Shown here: one piece after another, positions 48,803 to 60,107 of the stretch | How positions within the stretch are numbered: position 1 is the first letter of the stretch | Layout: each line of letters opens with the position of its first letter | Source of the DNA: an uncultured delta proteobacterium | GTDB taxonomy: Bacteria > Desulfobacterota > Binatia > UBA9968 | Direction of reading: 5' to 3' | Length of the DNA stretch: 64,000 nt | Assembly: GCA_963745835.1 (NCBI GenBank) | Contig: CAVUZH010000013.1 | Span: 704,001-768,000, forward strand | Program-made: the position numbers and the translations under genes | The notes under the pieces: model-generated | Databases searched by the model: none | Told to the model about the DNA's origin: nothing | What the model saw: the letters and a program-made list of their open reading frames with translations, nothing else

Positions 48803-50233
48803 ATGTCGATGATCCAAATCCGCACTCGTTTTGCGCCTAGCCCCACAGGCTATCTGCATATCGGCGGCGCCCGCACGGCTCTTTTTAATTACCTTTTCGC
48901 TCGTCATCACGGCGGTAAGTTTATTCTGCGCATCGAAGACACCGATCGCGAGCGATCAACGCGCGAAGCGATCGAGACTATCCTTGATGCGATGAAATGG
49001 CTGAAGCTTGACTACGATGAAGGTCCCTTTTTTCAGACAGAGCGGTTTCCACTCTACAAGGAAAAAATTCAGCAGCTATTGGCCGCCGGCAAAGCCTATC
49101 CCTGCGTGTGCACACCGCAGGATCTCGATGTCAAACGTCAGCTGGCGCAAAAGGAAAAGCGCAAGTCGTCTTATGATGGGACTTGTCGCCCGCCCGAAGG
49201 CGTCGTTCCGCGTTTGCCGCAAGGAAAGCCTTATACGATCCGATTCCGCTCGCTTCAGTTTGGAACGACCGTTGTCAATGATCTTGTTAAAGGCAATGTC
49301 ATTTTTGAGAATCGGGAGCTGGATGACTTGATCATCGCGCGATCTGACGGAACTCCGACGTACAATTTTTGCGTGGTCGTGGACGATATCGAGATGAAGA
49401 TCACCCACATTATCCGAGGCGACGATCATCTGGCCAACACGCCACGACAGATTCAATTGTACCATGCTATGGGACAGACATTGCCGCAATTTGCCCATGT
49501 ACCATTGATTCTTGGCACGGACAAAGCACGCCTCAGCAAGCGCCATGGCGCAACTTCCGTTACGGCTTATCGCGACATGGGTTATCTTCCAGAGGCGGTC
49601 GTCAACTACCTGGTTCGATTGGGATGGTCGCACGGCGACGATGAAATTTTTTCTCGAGAAGAACTCATCGAGAAGTTCTCTCTGGACAGCATCGGTAAAT
49701 CTGCCGGCGTCTTTAATCCCGAGAAATTTCTCTGGTTAAACTCACACTATATTAAGTCGCGCCCGCTGCGACGGTTAGCCCAGGACATCATTCCGTTCAT
49801 AGAGGCAAGGGGATACCCGGTGCCCCGTGATTTGGGCTGGCTTGAGAAAATGACTGCGACACTCAAGGACCGAGCCCAGACTTTGGTCGAGCTTGTTGAA
49901 CAAGCGCATTACTATCTCTCGGATGATATTTCGATCGATGAAAAGGCTGCAAAAAAGTTCTTGCTCCCTGAAATCAAAAAGCCGCTTAACAGCCTGCTAC
50001 AAAAGCTTAGTGATCTTACTGATTTTAGCGATGGCGCTGTTCAGCAGGCTTTTGCGGAAGTCCTGGAGAAAACCGGTTTGTCGATGGGGAAATTGGCCCA
50101 ACCTGTACGTGTCGCGCTGACCGGCTCAACCATCAGTCCAGGCATTCATGAGGTCATTGCGGTTCTCGGCAAAGAGCGAACGTTGAAACGATTAAACGCC
50201 ACGATGCAACGCTTGGATTCCCCAAGCCAATGA
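48803..50233 (+). CDS. gltX: Glutamate--tRNA ligase
   Basis: [26 protein letters not shown]. Confidence 0.97.
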   Translation: MSMIQIRTRFAPSPTGYLHIGGARTALFNYLFARHHGGKFILRIEDTDRERSTREAIETILDAMKWLKLDYDEGPFFQTERFPLYKEKIQQLLAAGKAYPCVCTPQDLDVKRQLAQKEKRKSSYDGTCRPPEGVVPRLPQGKPYTIRFRSLQFGTTVVNDLVKGNVIFENRELDDLIIARSDGTPTYNFCVVVDDIEMKITHIIRGDDHLANTPRQIQLYHAMGQTLPQFAHVPLILGTDKARLSKRHGATSVTAYRDMGYLPEAVVNYLVRLGWSHGDDEIFSREELIEKFSLDSIGKSAGVFNPEKFLWLNSHYIKSRPLRRLAQDIIPFIEARGYPVPRDLGWLEKMTATLKDRAQTLVELVEQAHYYLSDDISIDEKAAKKFLLPEIKKPLNSLLQKLSDLTDFSDGAVQQAFAEVLEKTGLSMGKLAQPVRVALTGSTISPGIHEVIAVLGKERTLKRLNATMQRLDSPSQ

Positions 50234-50292
50234 CACTCTAATCTGCCTTGATTTCACCGCTTGATTCTTTTAATTTGAACCCTCTGAGAACT

Positions 50293-50368
50293 TGAGGAGT
50301 CGGCTAATTGGTAAGCCACCTGACTCTGGATCAGGCGATTGAAGGTTCGAGTCCTTCCTCCTCAGCCA
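50293..50368 (+). tRNA. tRNA-Gln(CTG)
   Basis: TGAGGAG...CCTGA-CT-CTG-GA-TCAGG...GGTTCGAGTCC...CTCCTCAGCCA. Confidence 0.96.
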
Positions 50369-50370
50369 AC

Positions 50371-50445
50371 GGTCCCATCGTCTAGCGGTTAGGACACCGG
50401 CCTCTCACGTCGGTAACACGGGTTCGATTCCCGTTGGGACCACCA
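50371..50445 (+). tRNA. tRNA-Glu(CTC)
   Basis: GGTCCCA...CCGGC-CT-CTC-AC-GTCGG...GGTTCGATTCC...GGGACCACCA. Confidence 0.96.
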
Positions 50446-50459
50446 TATTTCCCGCGTAG

Positions 50460-51684
50460 TTAACACTCTCGTCCAAAAGGTTTCGGCAAAGGTTTCGGTT
50501 TCCTCCTCATTTGCACCTGTTTTTCCTGCTCCTGGGATCTCATAACATAGCCACGTAATAGCGCATCGCCATCGTCACGGATGTATCTCCCATAGCTCTG
50601 CTGAAGCATAGCGATGCTCGTTCCGGTTTGTTCTGAGAGCCACTTCTGATTACACCCAAGTGTTAATGCGACGCTTATATTATAAAGGTATGTCGGGCAT
50701 TATAGAAGGGTCGCGGCCTCAGCTCTAGCACCCGTAATACGTCCCCAAATTTACGACCGAACTCATTCTGGTCTATAGGTCGGCCTTGCTCATCCGTGAA
50801 AACGTAATCTTCAGCTTTTGCATGCAGCGGGAGAAGAGGTTTTAGAAGGTCAACGACATTGGGAAGTAAAGAAAATGTCCTCGCGCTTGCCAGGGTCTTA
50901 GGCGCATTCTCTTCACCTAGCGTCCTAGATCATTCGATGCTTGCCTTGGAGGCTAGTAAATCGACAACGCCCCACTTCAATGCTGCCGCTTCACTAGGTC
51001 TAGTGCCAGTGTAGAAACGGAAAAAAACAAAAGCATAAGCCCAGTGCGGTCGCTTAGTTTTATAAAACTCCAGAATCCTATCGCGCTCACCTTCCGTAAA
51101 AGGATCGGGTTCCTTCTTGCGGAGCCGAGGCCACCAGTTTTTAGGTATCTCCTTAAAAGGGTTCCGCTCGATCCGCTTTCCGGCATCACGAAACATTGGG
51201 CGCAAGGCACCATCGATGATGTTTCGAGCTGACTTCAAAGTGAGCTTGCGCTCTTCGACAAGGTGCAGGCGAAAATCCTCAATTGTTTCGACGGCTACGC
51301 TATTCAGTTCCACTTCTCCCATGAACGGAAGGATGTTTTTATTGAAGGCTTGACGGTAGTCGCGCTCAAGGCTCTTGCGCACAAACGGCGGTTTCTTCTT
51401 TTCTATCCAGCTCTCATAGTACTCGTTCACCGTCAGAGGCGTCATCTCTACTGGCTTGCTTACCTTCGGCCTAAACTGATCGGCCTTGTTGCCGTGGGGA
51501 ACCATTTGAGATAATCGAACGTCCCTGCTTCGATCTCCTCAGTGATTAGCTGCGCTCTGGCTTCCAGACGTTTTCGGTTTTCCGGTGTGTCCTTTAGCTT
51601 AGTGCCTTCAGTCGATTCCATTCCGTTCCAGTACAGGAAATAACGCAAGCGACCGTGCTGATTCGGTTTGACCCTGCAAGCCAT
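50460..51684 (-). pseudogene. Tyrosine integrase with arm-binding domain (frameshift, nonsense codon, 5-bp duplication)
   Basis: TPENRKRLE..FDYLKWFP; TGTRPSE; in-frame TGA at 50930; then PKT, YNARHT, QTGTS, SYGRY. Confidence 0.9.
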
Positions 51685-51869
51685 TAGCGCCCCCTCTTGA
51701 TGTGGTGTTCTACGATGTACCGCAACGCAAGCTCGGCGATTTTCGGAATCGGAACCTCTTCATTTTCCCATCGAGAGATCCCACGGATGCTCACATCGAT
51801 TACCCCGGACAACATTGCTTGACTGTAGCCGATCGACTCCCGGAGCTTGCGAAACTCCTTACCAGACAT
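51684..51869 (-). CDS. Small XRE-like helix-turn-helix protein
   Basis: MSGKEFRKLRESIGYSQAML...ISRWE. Confidence 0.85.
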   Translation of the reverse strand: MSGKEFRKLRESIGYSQAMLSGVIDVSIRGISRWENEEVPIPKIAELALRYIVEHHIKRGR

Positions 51870-51913
51870 ATTGTCTTTATAGACGTAATGTCTGCTTATG
51901 TCAAGGGTCTCTA

Positions 51914-52162
51914 TTACCGTCCTCCCAATTTATAGCCACGAGCCATCGGGATTGAGTCGTCCTCAAGCGCTGTACCGCTGTCCTCCCGCTCCAACCACTC
52001 AACCACAGCGCTCCATTTGAACCGTGGCCCGATACCTGAGGGGCTGAAGTAATGAACCCCCTTCCTGAACGTCCCTTCCGCCATCTTGTTCTGAATGGTC
52101 TTAGGAGAGAGCCCCAGCCGTTGAGCCAGATCTTTGATCTTGAGGTATTCTTCGGCGGCCAT
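51914..52162 (-). CDS. Excisionase/AlpA-like protein
   Basis: YLKIKDLAQRLGLSPKTIQNK..GVHYF..RFKWSAVVEWL. Confidence 0.85.
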   Translation of the reverse strand: MAAEEYLKIKDLAQRLGLSPKTIQNKMAEGTFRKGVHYFSPSGIGPRFKWSAVVEWLEREDSGTALEDDSIPMARGYKLGGR

Positions 52163-52294
52163 GATTGCTTTTACTAGACGGCGATCTCTGGCGATCAGGG
52201 GTCTATGTGCTGCTGCCTAAGCAATCTTGCTGCTCATGAGCCTGCTCCAGCAACTACCCCCGCAAGCTGCACTGCGGCATCTACTGAGCCTATT

Positions 52295-52597
52295 CTACTG
52301 CTGTGGCTCATCAGCTTGCTGCGCGTCGGTAACTACCGTGCCGCTGCGCAGCGAACGTGCCTTCTCGGCGAGCTTCGTGCGCTGTGCTTCGCTAATCTTT
52401 CGGGCCTTGCGCACAGACACCAGCCGCTTGGGCACCTCGAACGTCGCTGAGCGGTCGCTTCCCTCGATTGGCTCAAAGCCTAGCTTCAGCAGCTTGCGGT
52501 ACATGGGCTCTGATGCCGTCCAGATTGAGGCGTAGGGTTCGGCCTCGTTGAAGTTGATGATGGTTTCGCGTTCGGCTCGTGGTCCTTTGCCTCGCAT
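52295..52597 (-). CDS. Hypothetical phage-type protein
   Basis: ERETIINFNE..ASIWT; AGGAG RBS. Confidence 0.7.
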   Translation of the reverse strand: MRGKGPRAERETIINFNEAEPYASIWTASEPMYRKLLKLGFEPIEGSDRSATFEVPKRLVSVRKARKISEAQRTKLAEKARSLRSGTVVTDAQQADEPQQ

Positions 52598-53567
52598 GTA
52601 GGTCTCCTAGTCTAGTGATCCTGCGTTGATTGTTTGTGCGGTTGCCTCCGGCGAGGTCCACCCAACCACCCCACCCCAAAGGGCCGGCGCTAGTCTCCGG
52701 GCAAGTTTCCAAGATTGAATGAGTCCGTTTGTGGCGCGTTGGTTCGTTGGCAGGCTCCACCGCTGTTGGGTTAGCGACTGGCGTGACGTGTCAGTCATTG
52801 TCAGCTGATAACCAGTGTCAAACCTCGCCATACGTGCCCTCTGAAGAATATTTGGGAATATTTTGGATGGGTCTCGTTCTTGCGGTCAGAAGTTGGCATC
52901 ATGAATAAGTTGCGTGCCTTCTGCTCCAAGTACGCGGAAGATGCATTACTGGTGTTTGTTTCGATCATCATTTTCCTAGCGGCGTATTTCTTACTCACTG
53001 CTTTCTAATCAGAGCGTATAGCTCGGGATACATCTCTGATCGCACGCCCTGCTTATTTCTCACTGCTGTTTGACTGAGTCCTGATTATGCTCACCTAGCC
53101 CTTTGTCAGACCCGAGGGGCCACCGCCGCGTCACTGGCTGACATGGCATGTCAGTCAATGTCCTCTTATGGGCGTGGACAAAGATGGCCATGTCTGTTGT
53201 TTGCAGGAAATTTAGGACAGCTGGGACGGGCCGCAATTTTGCACCTGAAAGATCATTAGTCATCGGAGGTATGCCGTGGTATTAGACTCAGTTTTAAGGG
53301 CAGCAATCATTCTCGGGGTGGTAGCGTCCATGGCTCTATGGCTGTTCCTCTAGCCTAGCTACTTGGACCTAACGGAGGCAGCGCACTTGCCACCCCCGCC
53401 GATCCTTTGGCTTGCCCATCGACTGAGCGCAGCCCTTTCTCGACCGGGCACCACCCCGGCCAAGTCTTTGCGCTCGCACCCATTAAACGATCTCGGAGTG
53501 TGTGCGCATACATACTCTCTTTTCATCTTCCAATGCTCACACCCCTAAATGGTTTAAAGGGGGGTAG

Positions 53568-54814
53568 TTATGCCGCTGATTGTTGCACGGCGTGAGCTTC
53601 TGTTAACCACTTCCAGTCTATGCTGAGAGTTACTGAAGCAGGTTGCGAGGTATTCGAGTCGCCGTCTGTTAGCTCAACAATTCCTGTTGCGGCTAGTTCT
53701 TTCATCCACCCGAGCACGGTAGGCTTAGTCCGGCGCAAGACCGTGGCCGCATTTGTTGATGTGAGAGAGTCACCGCTCAGCAATAAGGCTCGCAACAGGT
53801 TGCGGCGAGTCTCGGGAATGGTGGAAAACGCAATGTGACGAATTAGGGGCATATCGTCAGTGGCGCTCACGATGGCTCTCTGATCCGCAAGGGCCGCACC
53901 CATCGCCAGCATCTTGAGTGATAGGATTATGCGGTGTGGGCCTTCAGGCGTACCGCATCGAAGACCGCCCATGTCCCCATCACCTCAACACGCCCCGCTG
54001 AAATGAGTTGCGCGTAGCGCACAAGCTCAAGCACCACGTCATCGCCGAGTAAGATCGTGCCCGGGTCAACGCTTTTCACTGGGTAGCGGCCAAAGTGAGC
54101 TTCAACGAAATCATTTACGATAGTCTGGCATTCCTTGAGGCCGGTATCGCCGTTAGCCTTTTTTGCAAACTCAACCAAGTCCTCTTCCTTGAGGTCCACC
54201 GAAACGATCTCTTAGAAGCAGATACGGTTTCCCAGTTGCGCCATGAGCTTGTAAACCACATCTGAGAACGGCGTGGTCGCGCCTATCCAGTTGAAGAGGT
54301 GCTCGGTTGTATAGCCCCGCTCACCCTGTGCACCAGATTCGGTAACATAGCCCCGGCCATCGAGCACCGAAGTCAGCACTGAGAAGTTCTTCTGCATCTC
54401 CTTGAAGTCACCCCGGAATAAAGGGCTAACCTCTTTGGTGAGCATCGTCTTATTTTTTATCTTTGGTAGCAGGTCAATCGTTGCCAGCTCGTCCTTTTTC
54501 TTATTGGCTGCATGAGATACGAAGGAGGCAGGAGTGAAGCTGTCCACACGGTGAAGGAAAGGCCGAGTGCTTGGTCGGTCGGGCATGAACACGTTGACCG
54601 AGACCGATTTGCCTTTGCCGGACGCCCCGACATACATCAACGAGAGGCAGTTCTCGCGCTCTTCCAACGAGTGGCAGGCCACCACCGCACAACCGCATTT
54701 GACTGCCATTGCGAGGTCAGCGCCATAGTGGGATTCGACCTTTGCAACGACGCGCCTGAGGCTAACGTCGAGAGTATGATTATCGGTGATGGTCATTGTG
54801 TTTTCCTTCCTCAT
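53568..54814 (-). pseudogene. P-loop ATPase (replication helicase-like) with C-terminal wHTH, interrupted
   Basis: Walker A GASGKGKS; in-frame TAA at 54212-54214; frameshift near 53970; C-terminal helix-turn-helix-like segment. Confidence 0.7.
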
Positions 54815-54974
54815 CCACCAGGCTCAGTAGTGCTCTTATTGTTTGCGGGTCACGCTTAAACATCGGTTCCCAGTGATCCACAGGTAACAATCCGCGCCTC
54901 GCCAGCTCTCGAATCGTTGAAGGCCGATGTGTCGTCAATAGCTGCGAGACTTGCTCGCTTGAAATCAGATTCAT
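54780..54974 (-). CDS. Small HTH-like protein
   Basis: ISSEQVSQLL...STIRELARRGLLP; AAGGG RBS. Confidence 0.55.
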   Translation of the reverse strand: MNLISSEQVSQLLTTHRPSTIRELARRGLLPVDHWEPMFKRDPQTIRALLSLVDEEGKHNDHHR

Positions 54975-55219
54975 CTGCTCCCTTTCAATCGGTTGTAACG
55001 TTCACTGCGAACGTCAGTGTTGATGTTTGTGGGGCTGACTTTATAGCCGCGCTAGGTCTGTCCCGCGAGGAAAGCACCCTATCCATAAGTCGCCAAATAA
55101 GTCGCGTGTTGCCATGTGACATAATCTATCATTTTAACCGTCATATGGCGAATTTTTGGGCGTATGTTGCGAGACTTTTGTCTCCGTGATAGGATCGCCC
55201 GATGCACTGGAACTGACAT

Positions 55220-56014
55220 ATGACGCGGTCGGATGATTTGGCGGGTTATATTAAAAAGGTTGAATGGACGATTTGGCTATATCACGTAGACCTTAACTCG
55301 CTTACGGATGGAGGTTGGCTAAAGCTCAAGGAAGAGCTTTATGACTTTTTTACAGCCGATCTTGAGTGGACATTTGCATCAAAGGCCAAACCGTTGACGA
55401 AGGAAGATGTAGTGGCCCTAGCGCGTTTGATAGAAAGCTCTGAGATTCGATTCGACAATTATCCCGATATTGAAGATGCTTTGGAGGAGCATGACTATGC
55501 TCGCCTATGGGCATTGGATGAACGTGATAAAGACGAGTGGGTGAAAGTCGTGGACGCTAAAACTGTTGAACGTACACAAGCCGCTTTGAAGGCAATACTT
55601 GATGACGCGCTAACGCAGACCAGTTTTTTACACCCGGATGAGGATAGTGATTTCTATTACCACTACCATCCCTCACATAGTACTGAAGACGATTCCTTGC
55701 CCGACATTGCGATTGCTCGACTTCGGTCATACTTAGTCGCGGCTGGCATTGAACCGGGCCAGATCAGAACGTGCGATGAGTGTAAAACGATTTTCTTGGC
55801 GAAACGTAAACCGACTCCGAAAAAGAAAAGCTATTGTTCCGCTAGATGCGCTCAGCTATGTGCAACCAGGGCTTACCGCAAACGCAACCAAGCCAAGTTA
55901 AAGACGAAAGAGCGAGAACGCAGTCATCACCGCTATGTGGCGAAGCAGCGCAAGAAGCACCCGAACGCCAAAGTCAAAAGGATTCCACGGGCGAGGTCGG
56001 TAGACACGTTGTAA
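55220..56014 (+). CDS. Hypothetical protein with C-terminal CGNR-like zinc finger and basic tail
   Basis: IRTCDECKTIF...YCSARC...RAYRKR. Confidence 0.75.
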   Translation: MTRSDDLAGYIKKVEWTIWLYHVDLNSLTDGGWLKLKEELYDFFTADLEWTFASKAKPLTKEDVVALARLIESSEIRFDNYPDIEDALEEHDYARLWALDERDKDEWVKVVDAKTVERTQAALKAILDDALTQTSFLHPDEDSDFYYHYHPSHSTEDDSLPDIAIARLRSYLVAAGIEPGQIRTCDECKTIFLAKRKPTPKKKSYCSARCAQLCATRAYRKRNQAKLKTKERERSHHRYVAKQRKKHPNAKVKRIPRARSVDTL

Positions 56015-56040
56015 TTGCTCGTGCCGATGTAAAAACCGGC

Positions 56041-57557
56041 TGTTGTAGTTCAGCCAATGTGTCACCTTAACTGCTCAGCGAAAATGTCACCCCTGAGTGG
56101 TAGTGTGGTAAGGTTTCAGTTCGATTGTGAGATCTCCATCAGGGTTGATTTTGGGGGTACCTAGGTGCCCGCCAGTCCGAGAACGTGCGTTATAAGCGAA
56201 ATACGGCGGTGGTTTTTTAGATTGTTTTCTCGAATCGAGGAGTTTTCTGTCTTTGACCGAGCGATAATGCCGGCGCAAGGTTCTTAATGGTCCTTGCACC
56301 GCAGGAGGAGGGCTCTCCAAGAGCAGCTCGTTTTTGCAGTACACGCGCCAACGGCCATCGAGCAATTGACGGATCTCGACACGGGCTCTGGCATATCCTC
56401 GACGATGCGGTCCCGCCGGGATGTCGAGGATCATTCCTGAAAGCCGCACTGCATTATCATTGCCGACGGTGGCTTCATAGAGAAAACTGCAGGTCCGATC
56501 GACATCGACTGTTTTGGGCAGAGGACGCCAGGCTGGTTGGCTTTCTCTGGCCGGTTTGGCAAAGCGGGTGTTGAAATCGGTTTTGAACGGGCCGTTCACA
56601 AAGAGCGTCGCTTGTTGGGGGCTGGTGATCCGTGCCAGCCTGAGCTCCTGGACCAACCGATCCTGCAAAGTATTAAACAGCCGCTCCACACGTCCCTTGG
56701 CTTGAGGCGAGAGTGCAAAGATCGGCTTTATACCGAAAGCCAAAAGCGCCTGAGTCACTTGAGTGGGCGTTTGTTGCCCGGCCAGCTGCTCTTGCACGGT
56801 CCAGTGATCGTCGTTACGACGGAAGATCCCATGGCGATCCATGTACATGGCCAAGGGAATGCCGTTCTCGAGCACGATCTGTCTGAGGCAGATCAAATAG
56901 CTCTGGGCATCCTCCTGGCGGGCAAACACGCCGCACACCAACTTCCCCGTGGCATCATCGATCGCCGCCATCAAACTCCACTCGCCGAACTTCTCTCCAA
57001 ACCAGCGGTGAGGACTCCCGTCCCACAACAACAGAGATCCTTCCTGGGCTTTGCGCTCGCGGCGCTTGTAGTGGCGCTTGACACCGCGCTTTCGCACCGC
57101 AGCGATCCCGGCCTCACGCAACACCCGGCGCACCGTGGCGCGCGATACCTCGAGCTTTTCTTTCTCCTTGAGCTTCTCGGTCAGGTGCGTGTCGTTGAGT
57201 CCCTGGTAGCGTCCACGTGCCAATGCGATCACCTTCTGCATTCTTTGCGATGCCGTCTTGTTCCAGGCCGCTTTGCCGCGATTGCCATGCATTAGACCTT
57301 CGCTACCTCGCTCTTTTATCTTTCGCCGCAGCCGTTTCATCTGGCGCGCCGAGATCTCCAAAAGCTTCGCCCCCTTGCCCACGCTCTCTCGCCCCTCTAA
57401 CGTCAATCGAACCACATGCAGTCGATGTAATTCTCTCTGACTCACCCTCATCTCCCTTTCGCTCATCCCATCTCCTCCTTCTCGGAGAAGATCCTACCCG
57501 AAGGGGTGTCAGAATCGCTGAACAGTTTTGGGGTGACATTTTCGCTGAACTACCACA
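56041..57557 (-). mobile_element. IS1202-family (ISNCY) insertion sequence with 16-bp target duplication
   Basis: TIRs TGTTGTAGTTCAGCCAATGTGTCACC / GGTGACATTTTCGCTGAACTACCACA; cgatgtaaaaaccggc at 56025-56040 and 57558-57573. Confidence 0.93.
56087..57466 (-). CDS. DDE transposase (ISNCY/IS1202)
   Basis: HGNRG, WDGSPHRW, IDDATG, YMDRHGIF, SPQAKGRVERLFNTLQDRL. Confidence 0.95.
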   Translation of the reverse strand: MSEREMRVSQRELHRLHVVRLTLEGRESVGKGAKLLEISARQMKRLRRKIKERGSEGLMHGNRGKAAWNKTASQRMQKVIALARGRYQGLNDTHLTEKLKEKEKLEVSRATVRRVLREAGIAAVRKRGVKRHYKRRERKAQEGSLLLWDGSPHRWFGEKFGEWSLMAAIDDATGKLVCGVFARQEDAQSYLICLRQIVLENGIPLAMYMDRHGIFRRNDDHWTVQEQLAGQQTPTQVTQALLAFGIKPIFALSPQAKGRVERLFNTLQDRLVQELRLARITSPQQATLFVNGPFKTDFNTRFAKPARESQPAWRPLPKTVDVDRTCSFLYEATVGNDNAVRLSGMILDIPAGPHRRGYARARVEIRQLLDGRWRVYCKNELLLESPPPAVQGPLRTLRRHYRSVKDRKLLDSRKQSKKPPPYFAYNARSRTGGHLGTPKINPDGDLTIELKPYHTTTQG

Positions 57558-57707
57558 CGATGTAAAAACCGGCTTGACAGCGAGATCGGCCCGATATTAC
57601 ATTGCCGCCCTGAATCGGAACGTGCCAAGCACATCAATTCGCAGAACATAGATCGATCATTGTGGAGGGTGCGAGATGCAGTTTGGTAGCGAGCTAGTCG
57701 CAATCTT

Positions 57708-58150
57708 GTGGTCCACTATCTTATCATGTTAATGCCGGAAGTGGCGCTTGCCGCAGCCATTACCTATTACCTCGATCTTGGCGCGTCCGGCTTCGTAATG
57801 GTGTTACCCATAATTCTTCTGGTACAGGTAGGCTTATGGATAAAAAACTCTCTGTTTGCGTGGGCTAGGTTCCTGCTTTTTGCTCGTAGGCCCTTGGCTG
57901 CTGCTGCCGCTTAATATTTTAGAACGGCACGATTTCCCGAACCAAATGATTACGAAGCAACACCCGAGGATTATCTATCACGGACGAAGGACGATGAGAG
58001 TCAGAGAATCGGTGTTCGAGTTGATGCGGCTGCAAGTCTCTCGGAACTGAGTACCCTCAGGACCTTTGGCTTTTTGCAAGCAAGTATGCGTGTGAGGATG
58101 CTTTACGAAGATGCATTAGACATTCATAAGGCATCATTCAAAGATGGAAA
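57708..58150 (+). pseudogene. Frameshifted membrane protein remnant
   Basis: Two TM segments followed by broken frames. Confidence 0.35.
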
Positions 58151-58412
58151 AACTGACTGGAAAATCTGCTGTCAGGATAGCTATCAATCCCACATGCTGT
58201 CCTCGACGTTTCTCAGTCCTGCTTCGCGCCACACACTGGGCAATGTGCAAACCACCGTCGAATGCGGGATCGACACCGCCGGCAAACATTCGTTCGACCA
58301 CGCCTGACGAAAAGCACGGAGGTGATGACAAGGAGACCGGCGACTAAACTTCCGAACATCTTTTATCCAACCATGCTCGCGCAACCAGAACCGTAAGCAA
58401 GCGACTATCTCC

Positions 58413-58640
58413 TCAGGTTGGCACCCTCCAGGCACTTCTTAGGTCTACCCATGCTCTGGCCAGTGATAACCCATCTGCCTCCGCTTCTTCTTTTGTTTTG
58501 AATATCGTGCCCTCGATCCGTTGTAGCTCGATAACAGATCCCGTTCGCCCTGCCTTGCAGACTGACCCACGCGACTGACACCCCTGCATATACACCGGGA
58601 TCGAGCAGCCAGAGATCATGTAGCCTTTGTACTTAAGCAT
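58413..58640 (-). CDS. Small hypothetical protein
   Basis: MLKYKGYMI...FKTKEEAEADGLSLARAWVD. Confidence 0.65.
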   Translation of the reverse strand: MLKYKGYMISGCSIPVYMQGCQSRGSVCKAGRTGSVIELQRIEGTIFKTKEEAEADGLSLARAWVDLRSAWRVPT

Positions 58641-58675
58641 GATTTTCCAACACCTATGGGCGGGACAAAATCCAT

Positions 58676-58921
58676 TTAAGAGCTTCCATCCTGCGGGCTA
58701 AACGAGCGGGCATCTAGCGGTAACATCACTAGGTAGTCACTCGGGTCGATGTATTGTTTGAGTTTTTGCCAGACAGCTTGCGGCGGCTCGTTTGTTTTGA
58801 TCGTCCAATTCGACTGCGATAACCTAGCCCATCCGTAGCTTGTGATGACCTTATAGAAACCATCGTAATCGGCTTTTGACGTCTCCCGGTTGTATTTGTA
58901 GGTAATGTGCAGGACAGCCAT
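58676..58921 (-). CDS. Small Cas2/VapD-like ferredoxin-fold protein
   Basis: MAVLHITY..DYDGFYKVITSYGWARLSQSNWTI..LKQYIDPSD pattern. Confidence 0.55.
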   Translation of the reverse strand: MAVLHITYKYNRETSKADYDGFYKVITSYGWARLSQSNWTIKTNEPPQAVWQKLKQYIDPSDYLVMLPLDARSFSPQDGSS

Positions 58922-59327
58922 AGCGGCGCGCATCATATCACAATCAGCCGAGTTGGGGGCGCAAAATATAGCTACGTCCTCGGCTATCCTCGGCTGTTTT
59001 ATCGTGGCGATTTCGCCGGCCTTGATCGACCCGCATCGCTTGTGCTGTTAACCGCGCCCTCGCTGCGCGGCGACAACCCGCCTTCCTTTGGCGACCTGTC
59101 AAAGGCGCTGCGCTGGCGAGGCCCATAAAACAACAGGGAGAAGCCAGCAAGTCTGCGTTTCGGTCCGGCTGTGGACTGTAGGCGAACGCACTAATCGCCA
59201 CAACGCCTGAGCCGTTTTACGCCTACGCAATATGGAGTCGGGGCATTGAAATATGCTTGCCAGCTATTGCTAGTTGCCCTACCCTATCACATGCAGGAGC
59301 CAACATGACCGCTGGAGGTTTTTGTAT

Positions 59328-59510
59328 ATGAAATCCGTGTTTTCGCAGCTTGTGTATGCTCCTTCAGACCAGCAGCGGGGGTCTGCCATCGACAAACATC
59401 AAGAAATGGAGAACCCGCCTTCAGTTTTGGTATGGCTCGCCGGGTGGGCTGTGATCATTGGATTGTGCCTCCTGTTTTGGTTGGGAGTGTACAGAGTGGT
59501 CATATCTTAG
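59328..59510 (+). CDS. Small protein with C-terminal TM helix
   Basis: GGAGG RBS; hydrophobic C-terminus. Confidence 0.5.
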   Translation: MKSVFSQLVYAPSDQQRGSAIDKHQEMENPPSVLVWLAGWAVIIGLCLLFWLGVYRVVIS

Positions 59511-59662
59511 CGGGCGCGATCACCGGAAGCCGCACGCATTTCATCAGCACTGGTTGATCCTGTCGGCGCGTTTAAGTCACTCGCAGTGTTTTCCCTCTAT
59601 TTGCCCGCACAGCATGTCGCTAGGTTGCGAGCAAGGCCGTTCACGCCTGCTAAATTCAAAAC

Positions 59663-59878
59663 CTACGAGTTCCACTCCGCTTCGGAGATTCCATACGTCC
59701 GCAGCGGGTGCGATAGCTTGTCGCGCCAACTACCATAAGCCACATCTCTGGCTCCCTGCAGTATGAGCTTGCGTATTAACGCGAGGATCAAATCCGCATG
59801 ATCATCTCGGCCCTCCAGCGGCCTGTACTTTCTCCATAATTCGCCGATGTCGGTGTCCTGCAGTTCTGGTTTCGCCAT
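59663..59878 (-). CDS. Small hypothetical protein
   Basis: ORF with plausible helical composition. Confidence 0.5.
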   Translation of the reverse strand: MAKPELQDTDIGELWRKYRPLEGRDDHADLILALIRKLILQGARDVAYGSWRDKLSHPLRTYGISEAEWNS

Positions 59879-59957
59879 CGGGCGACAGTACTGAACTTAT
59901 TTTCAGTATGCAATCCGCGCCATTGAGATCACAGTGCGACAGAGTTATTCTATGTAG

Positions 59958-60107
59958 ATGGCCGGCTACCTCGCCAGAAACTGTCCTATGTGCCGCAACT
60001 ACTTTGGGGTGACAATCGCCAAGCCGAACGGCAGCGGATACCAGCCAATCCATGGACGCTGCGCGACCTGCGGGTATGAAATCAGCTGGGCGCTGCTCAG
60101 TTCCTGA
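59958..60107 (+). CDS. 49-aa zinc-ribbon microprotein (below ORF-track cutoff)
   Basis: MAGYLARNCPMCRNYFGVTIAKPNGSGYQPIHGRCATCGYEISWALLSS; two CxxC. Confidence 0.6.
   Translation: MAGYLARNCPMCRNYFGVTIAKPNGSGYQPIHGRCATCGYEISWALLSS

Noticed and set aside
46980-50445. Divergent glnS/gltX with tRNA-Gln and tRNA-Glu
   Set aside because: Coherent housekeeping arrangement, not novel
58676-58921. CRISPR-Cas system
   Set aside because: Single Cas2-like fold only; no array and no other cas genes
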